Source of the DNA: Leucoraja ocellata
Taxonomy: Eukaryota
Length of the DNA: 34,296 nucleotides
Assembly: GCA_036785375.1 (NCBI GenBank)
Contig: JAWMAR010000388.1
Span: forward strand, 401,705-436,000
Reading direction: 5' to 3'
Shown: piece after piece, positions 20,766-31,464 of the stretch
How the letters are laid out: the number at the start of each line of letters is the position of its first letter
How positions within the stretch are numbered: position 1 is the stretch's first letter
Position numbers and translations under genes: made by a program
Notes under the pieces: generated by a model
What the model saw: only the letters and a program-made list of their open reading frames with translations
Told to the model about the DNA's origin: nothing
Databases searched by the model: none

Positions 20766-21068
20766 TGTTGACATATATGAAAATATGCTCTCAATTGTAA
20801 AGAAGTTAATCTTAATGTTGTATTGTTACTCAAGAATATCTTGGTGCAGGTGGTGAATGACTGACAATGATAGCAGCCAATAGTAACTGACAATGATAAC
20901 AGCCAATGAGAGGTACTGTAATTGATGTGTGAGCAAGTGTGTAAATAAAGTTTCTCTTCCAGTTTGAACAAGATGGATGCCCCACTGTGTTATTTACTGC
21001 TCTGAATTATCTTTGGTCTAGCACTGGGTAGGCTGCAAGAATCGCTGCACAATGCACCTCTGCCAACA
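20766..21068 (+). repeat. Copia 5' LTR (303 bp)
   Basis: Direct repeat of 24498-24799 with TGTTG/CAACA inverted termini. Internal AATAAA near 20945. Confidence 0.96.
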
Positions 21069-21083
21069 GGTTATGGGCCCAGC
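21069..21083 (+). promoter_or_regulatory. Primer-binding site complementary to the anticodon arm of initiator tRNA-Met (half-tRNA priming type)
   Basis: GGTTATGGGCCCAGC directly abuts the LTR. It is the reverse complement of GCTGGGCCCATAACC in eukaryotic tRNA-iMet, the same PBS type as Drosophila copia. Confidence 0.9.
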
Positions 21084-21190
21084 TTTACCCAGCTTTACCT
21101 AGAGTTACCCAGAGGTACCCAGAGACAGTTACCCAGGGATTTACCACCGAGAGAAATGTCCGGTGAGAGTTAACTTGCTAAGCTAGCACC

Positions 21191-24100
21191 ATGAGTAGAC
21201 GGAGCACCCAGTCGAGTAGCCGCTGGTCTCGGCTAGTTTTTGACGGAGATGAAAAGAACTATGAGCTGTGGGAGACAAAATTCTTGGGCCATCTTCGGTT
21301 ACAAGGGCTAAAGGATACTATCTTGGAAGAGCCTACCGACAATGAAGAAGGAGACGAGGCCAAAAATTCAGAGGCATATGCTGAGCTAATCCAGTTTCTG
21401 GATGACAAGAGTTTGTCGCTGGTAATGCGTGAAGCAGCAGACGATGGGCGGAAAGCGCTAACTATTTTGAGAGATTATTATGCGGGTAAGGGAAAGCCAC
21501 GTGTAATAAGTCTGTATACAGAACTGACTTCACTTCAAAAGTTGAGCAGCGAGAGTGTAACTGAATATGTTATAAGGGCAGAGACAGCCATCACAGCATT
21601 GAGAAATGCTGGTGAGGTATTGAGTGACGGACTGTTAATTGCAATGATTCTGAAGGGACTGCCTGAATCTTTCAAACCATTTGCTATCCATGTCACGCAA
21701 AGTGAGCAGGCAATGCCTTTTGCCGAATTTAAAACTAAATTACGGAGCTACGAAGACACGGAAAAGATGCGTGCAGCAGCATCCGAAGACAATGTCATGA
21801 AGGCACGTGTGCAACCGAGTGTGAGACCCGACACGACAAGTACAAGTGCGGAGAGAGCAGACATTGTGTGCTTCAGGTGTGGCCTAAAAGGACATAAAGC
21901 CAGAGCATGTCAACGCAAGCAGTGGTGTAGTCACTGTAAAAGCACCACACATCGGGACGCAACCTGCAGACGGAAACAGCGGCGGGACAACGCACGACAA
22001 GTTTCCGGGGAGACTAACAACAAGGAATATGCATTCCTGGTGAGTGAAAGGGACGCGAAGATCCAGTCAGAGCGTGGAGTCGAGTTGAAAGGGCTGATGG
22101 TCGATACGGGGGCAACTTCGCATATCATCACTGATATAGCAAGGTTCAAGAAGTTCGACGTTATGTTCCAGTCTGAGACACACTGCGTGGAGTTGGCTGA
22201 CGGAACAAGGTGTGATGGAGTCGCGGAGCGCAGAGGAGACGCGGAGGTTTGCTTGGTCGACAGCCAAGGGCGCCGCCACAACACAACACTGAGGCAGGCA
22301 TTGTACATCCCCTCATACCCGCAGGACATCTTCTCTGTAAAAGCAGCTACTTCCAGCGGAGCAACCGTAATCTTCAGGGACGGGGAAGACGTCCTACAAC
22401 ACAAGGACGGTACAAAATTCCACATTCATGAGTACAACAGACTGTACTATTTGCACACGGTAAACGTTGAATGTGATGACCAATGTAAGAGCAGTTATGA
22501 TATGCAGACATGGCATGAGATTCTAGGGCACTGTAATTATGAAGATATTCAAAAATTACCAAATGTTGTTGAAGGTATGGCAATTAAGGGCAAAACAGAC
22601 AAACCTGCTCTACACTGTGAAATGTGTACGCAGGGAAAGTTTATCCAAACTAGGAACAGGGACCCTGATGTAAGAGCCAAAGCAGCTTTGAAGTTGGTAC
22701 ACACAGATTTAGCAGGACCGATAGACCCAGAGTCCAGAGAGGGGTACAGGTATGCGCTATCATTCACTGATGATTATTCCAGTGCAGTGTTTGTGTACTT
22801 TCTAAAGAATAAGAGTGACACAGTGCAAGCCACCGAGAGGTTTCTTGCTGACACAGCCCCATACGGGAAGATTAAATGTATGAGGTCTGACAATGGTACT
22901 GAATTCATGGGAAAGAATTACCAGGCACTACTCAGCAGAAATTGCATTAGACATGAGACCTCAGCGCCATACTCACCACACCAGAATGGTACTGCTGAGC
23001 GAAATTGGCGCACCCTGTTTGACATGGCCAGGTGTATGCTAATAGAGAGTGAGTTACCTAAACAGTTTTGGACCTATGCAGTGCAGACAGCAGCTGTAGT
23101 GAGGAACAGATGCTTTAACAAGCGCACAAAGCAGACGCCTTACTTGATGCTGACAAGAAAACGGCCCAACCTGTCTAGGATGCAAAAGTTTGGGTCTGAG
23201 TGTTATGCCTATAAACAGGACAAGAGAAAACTGGACTCAAAGTGTGAGAAGGGAATCTTTGTCGGGTACGACAAGAATAGCCCAGCTTACATGGTTTACT
23301 ATCCTGACAATGGGAAAGTAAAGAAGCACAGACTGGTGAAGTTTGTGACCAAAACAATTGTAGAGAGGCAGACACAGACTGACATGACCCCCAGTGACGA
23401 TGACTTTGAGGTGCAGAATAGGGCCAGTAGGATGAGAAAAAATACTGATGAGAGTCCAGGACATACTCAGGGCCAAGATCCAGTAACTGGGCCTGAGGTG
23501 AATAGCCAAGCACAGCCAGGTGAAACCAAGCATGAGCCTGCACGTTACCCTTCTAGATTGAGGAAGAAACCAGGTTACTTAAGTGAATATGTAACTGGCA
23601 AGGCGAGTGATGATCATGTAATGATTAACATAGATTATTGCTACAGATTGATGTGTAACATCCCCCTAACATTCAGGGAAGCTGTAACCTCAACTAACTC
23701 AAAGGAATGGGTTAACGCAATGCATGAGGAAATGCAGTCGCTGAGAGAAAATGACACATTTACCCTAACCAACTTGCCTGAGGGTAAGAAAGCAGTGGGG
23801 GGTAGATGGGTATATGCAATCAAGAACAATGAGGATGGATCTGATAAATACAAGGCACGGTATGTAGCCAAAGGATACAGTCAAATATTGGGTGTAGACT
23901 ATGAGGAGACATTTTCTCCTACTGCTAACCTGACCAGTATCAGAGTGATGATGCAAAAAGCAGCACAGGAAAACCTGATTTTACATCAGATGGATGTCAA
24001 AACTGCCTACCTACATGCACCAATAGATTGCGAGATTTCATGGAAAACCAAAAAGCAGCCCACCGTTGCACTGTCAACTTGTGAGGCTGAGTATATGGCG

Positions 24101-24370
24101 TTAGCCGCAACACTACAAGAGTGTATGTACCTAGTACAATTACTAGAAGGTATTGATGGACATCAGTACCCAACACCCAAGGTTTATGAGGATAACCAGG
24201 GTACAATTGCGTTAGCAAAGAATCCTGTAAGTAGACAGAGGTGTAAGCATGTGGACATAAAATATCACTTTGTGAGGTCCACTGTGAATCATGGCAAAAT
24301 AAGTTTGGAGTATTGTCCAACAGACCAGATGGTAGCAGATGTGATGACAAAACCTGCAACAAAAATTTAA
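21191..24370 (+). CDS. Copia Gag-Pol polyprotein (Gag, 2 zinc knuckles, protease, integrase, partial RT fused to partial RNase H)
   Basis: Knuckles [14 protein letters not shown] and [14 protein letters not shown]; protease VDTGAT; integrase [29 protein letters not shown] and KGIFVGY; [13 protein letters not shown] and QMDVKTAY; RNase [30 protein letters not shown]. Confidence 0.95.
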   Translation: MSRRSTQSSSRWSRLVFDGDEKNYELWETKFLGHLRLQGLKDTILEEPTDNEEGDEAKNSEAYAELIQFLDDKSLSLVMREAADDGRKALTILRDYYAGKGKPRVISLYTELTSLQKLSSESVTEYVIRAETAITALRNAGEVLSDGLLIAMILKGLPESFKPFAIHVTQSEQAMPFAEFKTKLRSYEDTEKMRAAASEDNVMKARVQPSVRPDTTSTSAERADIVCFRCGLKGHKARACQRKQWCSHCKSTTHRDATCRRKQRRDNARQVSGETNNKEYAFLVSERDAKIQSERGVELKGLMVDTGATSHIITDIARFKKFDVMFQSETHCVELADGTRCDGVAERRGDAEVCLVDSQGRRHNTTLRQALYIPSYPQDIFSVKAATSSGATVIFRDGEDVLQHKDGTKFHIHEYNRLYYLHTVNVECDDQCKSSYDMQTWHEILGHCNYEDIQKLPNVVEGMAIKGKTDKPALHCEMCTQGKFIQTRNRDPDVRAKAALKLVHTDLAGPIDPESREGYRYALSFTDDYSSAVFVYFLKNKSDTVQATERFLADTAPYGKIKCMRSDNGTEFMGKNYQALLSRNCIRHETSAPYSPHQNGTAERNWRTLFDMARCMLIESELPKQFWTYAVQTAAVVRNRCFNKRTKQTPYLMLTRKRPNLSRMQKFGSECYAYKQDKRKLDSKCEKGIFVGYDKNSPAYMVYYPDNGKVKKHRLVKFVTKTIVERQTQTDMTPSDDDFEVQNRASRMRKNTDESPGHTQGQDPVTGPEVNSQAQPGETKHEPARYPSRLRKKPGYLSEYVTGKASDDHVMINIDYCYRLMCNIPLTFREAVTSTNSKEWVNAMHEEMQSLRENDTFTLTNLPEGKKAVGGRWVYAIKNNEDGSDKYKARYVAKGYSQILGVDYEETFSPTANLTSIRVMMQKAAQENLILHQMDVKTAYLHAPIDCEISWKTKKQPTVALSTCEAEYMALAATLQECMYLVQLLEGIDGHQYPTPKVYEDNQGTIALAKNPVSRQRCKHVDIKYHFVRSTVNHGKISLEYCPTDQMVADVMTKPATKI

Positions 24371-24482
24371 GTTGATGGAGTTTGCAAAGTTTATGTTTGG
24401 AGAGTAACCATGTATGTAAAAGTCTACATGATGTAAGGTAGAAAACCTTAGGATGTTTTATTTTGAGTTAAGATAACAATGC

Positions 24483-24497
24483 GAGAGCAAGTGGGGG
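24483..24497 (+). promoter_or_regulatory. Polypurine tract
   Basis: GAGAGCAAGTGGGGG immediately 5' of the 3' LTR. Confidence 0.85.
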
Positions 24498-24799
24498 TGT
24501 TGACATATATGAAAATATGCTCTCAATTGTAAAGAAGTTAATCTTAATGTTGTATTGTTACTCAGACAATCTTGATGCAGGTAGTGAATGACTGACAATG
24601 ATAGCAGCCAATAGTAACTGACAATGATAACAGCCAATGAGAGGTACTGTAATTGATGTGTGAGCAAGTGTGTAAATAAAGTTTCTCTTCCAGTTTGAAC
24701 AAGATGGATGCCCCACTGTGTTTTTTACTGCTCTGAATTATCTTTGGTCTAGCACTGGGTAGGCTGCAAGAATCGCTGCACAATGCACCTCTGCCAACA
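24498..24799 (+). repeat. Copia 3' LTR (302 bp)
   Basis: Direct repeat of the 5' LTR, about 6 differences by eye. Confidence 0.96.
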
Positions 24800-24993
24800 G
24801 ATTTACACATGTTTAGAGGGTTTTAGAGAGCTTTATAGGGGTTTACATGTGTTTACAGGTGGAGAGGGGTTTAGTGTGGTTTACATGGGTTTAGAGGGAT
24901 TTACAGGGGGTTAGAGGGATGTACAGAGGGTTAGAGGGTTTTCGATGGGTTTTGGAGGGGTTTAGAGGGATTTAGAGTTGTTTACAGGGGTTT

Positions 24994-25870
24994 AGTCAAG
25001 AGTCAAGAGTCAAGAGTCAATTTAATTGTCATTTGGACCCCTAGAGGTCCAAACGAAATGCCGTTTCTGCAGCCATACATTACACACAAATAGACCCAGA
25101 CACAACATAATTACATTTTACATAAACATCCATCACATAGCTGTGATGGAAGGCCAAAAAAAACTTATCTCTCCACTGCACTCTCTCCCCCCCCGATGTC
25201 AGAGTCAAAGTCATAGCCCCCGGCTGGCGATGGCGATTGTCCCGCGGCCATTAAAGCCACGCCGGGTGGTGCGAGGTCGCACACCGGGTCTTGGTGTTGG
25301 AGCCTCCGGTGTGCGCTCGTAAAGTCCCGCGGCCGTTCCAGCCGCGCGGGGCAATGGTGTTAGGCCCCGCTCCAGGAGCTCTTTGACCCCGCAACTCGGG
25401 CGGGAGAATTCGCCGTTGCAGGAGCCCCGAAAAGCGGTCTCTCTCTAGGGATCCGCGGGCTCCCGGCGCCGCTGTCCGCAGCAGCAGCCTCCGACTCAGC
25501 AGCAGCCTCCGACTCAGCAGAAGCAGCGGCAGCAGCGGCAGCAGCAGCAGCAGCGCTCCTCCACCCGCTCCAACCGCTCCGGACTCGGCCAGCCCCGCGA
25601 CGGCGACGGTGAGTAGCACCTGAGTCCCCGGCTTCCCCCTGTTGGAGGCCGCTCCTCGTTGCAGCCTCAACGACAAGGGAAACCCGACGAGAGAAGGTCG
25701 GGTCTCCAGTGCAGGGAGAGATTTAAAAAGTTTCCCCCCCCTCCCACCCCACCCCCCCACACACACACCCCAACAAAAAATAACAAAAACTACATTAAAA
25801 CACAGACAGAAAATAATAAAAACGCGGACAGACTGCAGAGGCCACTGCTGGCCAGAGCCGCGCCGCCTAC
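24994..25870 (-). mobile_element. Non-coding retroposon A (GC-rich body, 3' stem-loop, (CTTGACT)n tail; Rex1/Babar-like 3' end tentative)
   Basis: Interrupts the satellite. The minus strand begins GGCGGCGCGGCTCTGG and ends ATTTCGTTTGGACC-loop-GGTCCAAATGACAATTAAA + 7-bp tandem tail. Internal (GCA)n and an 18-bp duplication. Confidence 0.7.
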
Positions 25871-27110
25871 CGGATTTAGACGTCTTTAGAGGGGTTTAGG
25901 GGGGGTTTACATGGTGTTTACAGGTGTTTACTCGTGTTTCGAGAGGTTTCGAGTGGCTTCAAAGGATTTAGAGGGGTTTGCATGTGTTTAAAGGGGTTAA
26001 CATGGGGTTTTCAGGTGTTTACAGGCGTAGAGATGTTTAGACGGGTTTACAGGGGTTTAGGGGGTGTACATGGTGTTTACATGGGGTTTAGAGGGGTTTA
26101 CAGTATTTTAGGGGCGGGTTATATGGGGTTTACATGGATTTAGGGGGTTCACATGGGGTTTACAGGGGGAGTAGATGGGGTTTAGAGGGGTTTACGAGGC
26201 TTTAGAGCGGTTTACAGGAGTTTACAGAAGTTTACAGCGGTTTCGAGGGGTTTAGCGGGTTTAACGGGTTTAGTGGCGTCTAGAGTAGTTAGCCAGGGGT
26301 TACACGGGGTTTACAGGGTGTTTATATGGGGTTAGGTGGCTTTATAGGGGTTTGGAGGGATTTAGAGAGGGGTTGCATGGTGTTTGGGTGTGTCTGGAGA
26401 GGTTTAGAGCAGTTTGGAGGGGTTTATAGGGATTTACATCGATTTAGGGATTTACAGGGGTTTAGATAGTTTTACATGTGTTTACGGGTGTTTACAGGTA
26501 TTTAGAGAGGTTTAGCGTGGTTTAGAGCGGGTTGAAGGGGTTTAAAGGGTTTTAGAGATGTTTTCAGCTGTTGAGTAGGCTTTACAGGGTTTTAGAGGGA
26601 TTTACGTGGGGTTTACAGGTCTTTACAGGTGTTTACATGGGTATAGATGGGTTTAGAGGTCTTTATAGGGTGTTTAGAGGCGTTTATTGGGGCTTAGCGG
26701 GGTTTACCGGGATTACAACTGTTTACCGGGTTTACAAGGGTGTTAGAGGGATTTACAGGGGTTTAGATGGGTTTAGAGGGGTTTAGAGGGGTTTACAGTG
26801 GGGTTTAGATGGGCTTTAAATGGGTTTAGCGGGGTCTACAGTGGGGTTAGAGAGGTTTGGAGGGGTTAAGAGAGGTTCACAGGGGTTTAGAGCAGATAAC
26901 AGGGTTTTAGAGGTGTTTAGGGGGGTTCAGATGCATTTACAGGGGGTTTACAGGGGCTTATAGTGGTTTAGAGGGATTTAGAGTTGTTTACAGGGGTTAG
27001 AGATGTTTAGAGAGGTTTACGCGGGGTTTACAGCGGTTTAGGGGGGTTTCCATGGTGCTTACAGGGGATTTAGATGGGTTTAGATGGGTTTACAAGGCTT
27101 CATAGGGGTT

Positions 27111-27945
27111 TAGATTAGATTAGATTAGATTCGTTTATTGTCATTCAGACCTTTCGGTCTGAACGAAATTTTTGTTTCCCTGCAGTCATACATGTAATTA
27201 AAAAAATGACAAAAACACACAATCAACACAAATTTAACATCCACCACAGTGAGTTCACCAAACACCTCCTCACTGTGGTGGAAGGCAAAATCTTAAAGTC
27301 TCTGTCTCTTCCCTCTTTGTTCTCCCTCTGCGCCGAGGCGACGGTTCAAACTCCGCAGGTGGTCGCTGCCTCCGCCACAGCTCCAGGACCGAGTCGGGTC
27401 TCCGCTGCCGCTACCTCCGCCACATCTCCAGGGCCGAGTCGGGTCTCCGCTGCCGCTACCGCCGCGACAGCTTCGGGGCCGAGTCGGGTCTCCGCCGCTG
27501 CTGCTGCTGTCGCTGCCGTCGCGACAGCTCCAGGGCCGAGTCGGGTCTCCGCTGCCACTGCTGCTGCTGCTGGTGCTACAGCTTCGTGGTCGAGTCGGGT
27601 CTCCGCTACCGCTGCTGCTGCCGCTGCCGCCACTACAGCTCCAGGACCGAGTCGGGTCTCCGCCACTGCTGCCGCTGCTACAGCTCCGATGCCGCCAGCT
27701 CCACCATTAGGACTCGGCGCAGACGGAGACGGGGATGGGGAATAAGACCGAAGAAAAGTCGCATCCCCCGAAGGAAGAGACCAAAGCATGTTTCTCCCAC
27801 CCCACCCACACACACATACAACTTAATAAAACAAAATTAACTAAAACATGACAAGGAACAAAACGAAAGAAAAAAAACAGATGGACTGCAGGTGGGCCAC
27901 AGCTGTTAAGCCAGCGCCGCCATCTTAACCCCCCATCTTAATCCC
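27111..27945 (-). mobile_element. Non-coding retroposon B (internal ~50-60-bp GC-rich tandem repeats, 3' stem-loop, (TCTAA)n tail)
   Basis: Near its start the minus strand reads AAGATGGCGGCGCTGG. It ends ATTTCGTTCAGACC-GAAA-GGTCTGAATGACAATAAA + AATCT repeats. Six copies of CGAGTCGGGTCTCCGC lie between ~27388 and ~27665. Confidence 0.7.
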
Positions 27946-30900
27946 CGGTTTAGAGAGGTTTAGAGGGGTTTATATGGGTTTAGAGGGGATTAGAGGGGTT
28001 TACAGAGGTTTATAGTGGTTTACAGGCGTTTAGGGTGTTTTAGAGAGGTTTACAGGGGGTTACAGGGGTTTACATAGGGGTTACACGTGTTTATAGGTGT
28101 TTAAACGGTTTTAGAGAGATTAACAGGTTTGCAAGGGTTAAGAGGAGTTTCCAGTGGTTTTGGGGGTTTACATGGTGTTTACATGGGGTTTTAAGGGGTT
28201 CAGCGGGCTTTATAGGGGTTTAGAGACGTCTAGAGTAATTAACTGCGGTTTAGATTGGTTTACATGGGGTTTACAGGGTGTTATAGGGGGTTAGATGGCT
28301 TTATATGTGTTTGGTTGGCTTTGGGGGCTTTGGATGGATTTGGAGGGGGTTGCAGGAGTTTGGAGGTCTCTGGAGAGGTTTAGTGCAGTTTGGAGGGATT
28401 TCGAGGGGGTTAGAGGGGGTTAGAGTGGTTCGGAGGGTTTTAGATGGGTTTAGAGGGGTTTAGAACGGTTTAAAGGGTTTAGAGGGTTTTAGAGATATTT
28501 ACAGGTGTTTAGTAGGCTTTACAGGGGTTTCGAGGGGTTTACACACGTTTAGATGGTTTTAGAGAGGTTTATAGGGGTTTACAAGTGTTTACAGGTGGAG
28601 AGGGGTTTACAGGTGTAGCGAGATTTAGTATGGTTTACAGGGGGTTTAGAGGGTTTTAGAGAGGTTTACATGAGTTTAGAGGGGTTTACAGGGATCTAAA
28701 GGGGTTTACAGTGGTTTACCGGTGTTTACTGGGGCTTTGCGGGGTCTTTGGAGGGCTTTGAAGGGGTTTAGAGGAGGTTTGCATGGTATTTGGGGGTGTC
28801 TGGAGAGGTTTAGAGCAGTTTGGAGGGGTTTAGAGAGATTTACAGGGGTTTAGCGCGTTTTACAGGTGTTTACGGGTGTTTACAGGTATTTAGAGAGGTT
28901 TAGCGTGGTTTAGAGTGGGTTAAAGGGTCTTAGAGGTTTAGAGATGTTTTCAGCTGTTGAGTAGGCTTTACAGGGTTTTAGAGGGGTTTACAGGTGTTTA
29001 GACGGGTTTACGTGGGGTTTACATGGGTTTAGAGGTCTTTATAGGGTGTTTATAGAGGTTTAGAGGGGGTTACAGGGATCTAGAGGGGTTTACAGGCGTT
29101 TATTGGGGCTTAGCGGGGTTTACCAGGGATTACAAGTGTTTAGAGGGATTTACAGGGGTTCAGATGGGTTTAGAGGGGTTTACAGATGATTGCGGGAGTT
29201 TATAGGGGGTTTAGACGGCTTTAGAGTGTTTTAGAGGTTTACAGGGGTTTAGGGTTTCTACATGGGTTTACATGGGGGGTTTGAGAGGTTCGGAGGGGTT
29301 AAGAGAGGTTCACAGGGGTTTAGAGCGGTTAACAGGGTTTAGAGGTGTTTAGGGGGGTTCAGATGCATTTACAGGGGGTTTACAGGGGCTTGTAGTGGTT
29401 TAGAGGGATTTAGAGTTGTTTACAGGGGTTAGAGATGTTTAGAGAGGTTTACATGCGTTTACAATGGTTTACAGGGGTTTAGGGGGTTTTACACGGGGTT
29501 TACAGGGGTTTATATGGGTTTCCATGGTGCTTACAGGGGGTTTAGATGGGTTTACAAGGGTTCACAAGGCTTTATAGGGGTTTAGAGAGGTTTATATGGG
29601 TTTAGAGGGGTTTAGCGGGCTTTATTGCGGTTTATAGACATTTAGAGTGGTTCACATGGATTTAGAGGGGCTTACATGAGGTTTAGAGGGAGGGGTTATA
29701 GGGGTTTAGAGGGGTGTGGGGCGGTTTGGAGGGGTCTGGAGAGGTTTTGAGCGGTTTGGTGGTTTAGAGTGGGTTAGAGGGGTTTGGTTTCGATTTAAGT
29801 TGCTTACAGAGGTTTAGAGTGGGTTAGTGGTTTGGTGGGTTTTAAAGATGTTTACAGAGGATTAGAAGGGTTTACAGAGGTTTTGAGGGTTTTTTAATGA
29901 GGTTTACAGGAGGTTAGATGGGGTTTTGAGGGGTTTATATGTATTTAGAGGGGATTAGAGAGGTTTACAGTGGTTACATGTGTTTATAGAGTACTAGAGT
30001 GGTTTACAGAGGGTTTAGATGGGGTTACATAGGGTTTACATGTGTTTATAGGTGATTAGAGGGTTTTGGAGAGATTTACTGGGGTTTTGAAAGGTTTGAC
30101 AGGGGCTGAGAGAGGTTTACAGTGGTTTAGGGAGGTTTACATGGGTTTTACCGGGGTTTAGTGGGGTTTACAGGGGGTTATAGTATCTTATGGGGGTTTA
30201 CAGGGTGTTTAGAGGGGTTTCGACAGGGTTTACCTGTGTGTACAGAGGTTTACATGGGGTTATAAGGGTTTACAGTGGTTTCGGTGGTTTTACATGGGGT
30301 TTACAGGGGGTTCAGGGTGGTTTACATGGGTTTAGAGGGGTTTACATGGTGTTTACAGGGGGTTTAGATGGGTTTAGAGGGATTTGCAGGGCTGTATAGA
30401 GGTTTACAGGGCTTTACAGGGGTTTTGACAGGTTCACCGGGCTTTGTAGCAGTTTAGAGGCGTTTAGAGTGGTTCACGGGAGTTTAGAGGGGTTTACATG
30501 GATTCGGGGGGCTTTGGAGGGGTTTGCCGGGATTTGGGGAGGTTTAAAGCAGTTTGGAGGAATTTCGAGGGAGTTGGAGTGGTTTGGAGGGGTTTAGAGG
30601 GATTTACACCGGTTTAGAGGGATTTACAGGGGTTTAGGGTTTTTTAGATGGGTTTAGACGTCTTTGGAGGGATTTACATGTGTTCACAGGTGTTTACAGG
30701 TATTTAGAGTGGTTTAGAGGGGTTTAGTGGGATTTAGAGGGTTTCCGAGATGTTTACAGAAGATTAGAAGGGTTTACAGGAGTTTAGGGGGGGTTTACAG
30801 GGGGTTTAGAGGGGTTTGTGGGATTTACAGGGCTTTAGAGGGAATTACAGGCGTTTAGAATGGTTTAGAGTGTTTTAGATGAGTTTAGAGGGGTTTAGAG

Positions 30901-31062
30901 AGGTTTACATTTCTTTGCAGGTGTTTAGAGAGGGGGTTAGACGGTTTTAGAGAGTGTTAAATAGGTTTACAGGGGGTTTAGGGGGGTTTACTTGGAGGTT
31001 ACAGAGGTTTTAGATGGGTTTAGAGAGGTTTTACATGGGGTTTACAGGGGTTTTGGGGGTTT

Positions 31063-31197
31063 AACCATATAACCATATAACAATTACAGCACGGAAACAG
31101 GCCATCTCGACCCTTCTAGTCCGTGCCGAACACGTATTCTCCCCTAGTCCCATACACCTGCGCTCAGACCATAACCTTCCATTCCCTTCCCGTCCAT
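31063..31197 (-). mobile_element. Extremely 5'-truncated CR1 (3' UTR only)
   Basis: Near-identical to ~585-715 (AACCATATAACAATTACAGCACGGAAACAGGCCATCTCGACCCTTCTAGTCCGTGCCGAACACG). Confidence 0.85.
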
Positions 31198-31464
31198 GGG
31201 GTTTACAGGGGGTTTAGTGGGGCTAGTGGGATTTACAGGTGTTTAGAATGGTTTAGAGTGTTTTAGATGAGTTTAGAGGGGTTTAGAGTGGTATACAGGT
31301 GTTAGCAGGTGTTTAGATAGGTTTAGAGGGGTTTAGATGGCTGTAGAGGGTGATAAAGAGGTTTACAGGGTGTTTAGAGGTGTTTAGGGGGGGTTTACAT
31401 GGGGTTTACAGAGGTTTCGTGTTTTGAGAGATTTTACATGGTTTTAGAGGGGTTTAGCCGGCTT

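Larger units (their letters stand above)
20766..24799 (+). mobile_element. Ty1/Copia LTR retrotransposon, structurally complete ends, RT-deleted
   Basis: LTRs 20766-21068 and 24498-24799, both TGTTG...CAACA. 5-bp TSD GATTT (20761-20765, 24800-24804). PBS, PPT and a single ORF in Gag-PR-IN-RT-RH order. Confidence 0.97.

Noticed and set aside
21931-24362. Minus-strand ORFs within the Copia element
   Set aside because: Antisense shadows of the polyprotein with no recognisable motifs.
9255-27260. V(D)J recombination signal sequences at CACAGTG heptamers (e.g. ~9258, ~13257, ~13772, ~27245)
   Set aside because: No ACAAAAACC-like nonamer at 12- or 23-bp spacing was seen, and all lie inside TEs.
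27206-27813. Ala-rich repeat proteins (antifreeze- or mucin-like) on both strands
   Set aside because: By-product of GC-rich in-frame tandem repeats inside retroposon B; open on both strands with no gene context.
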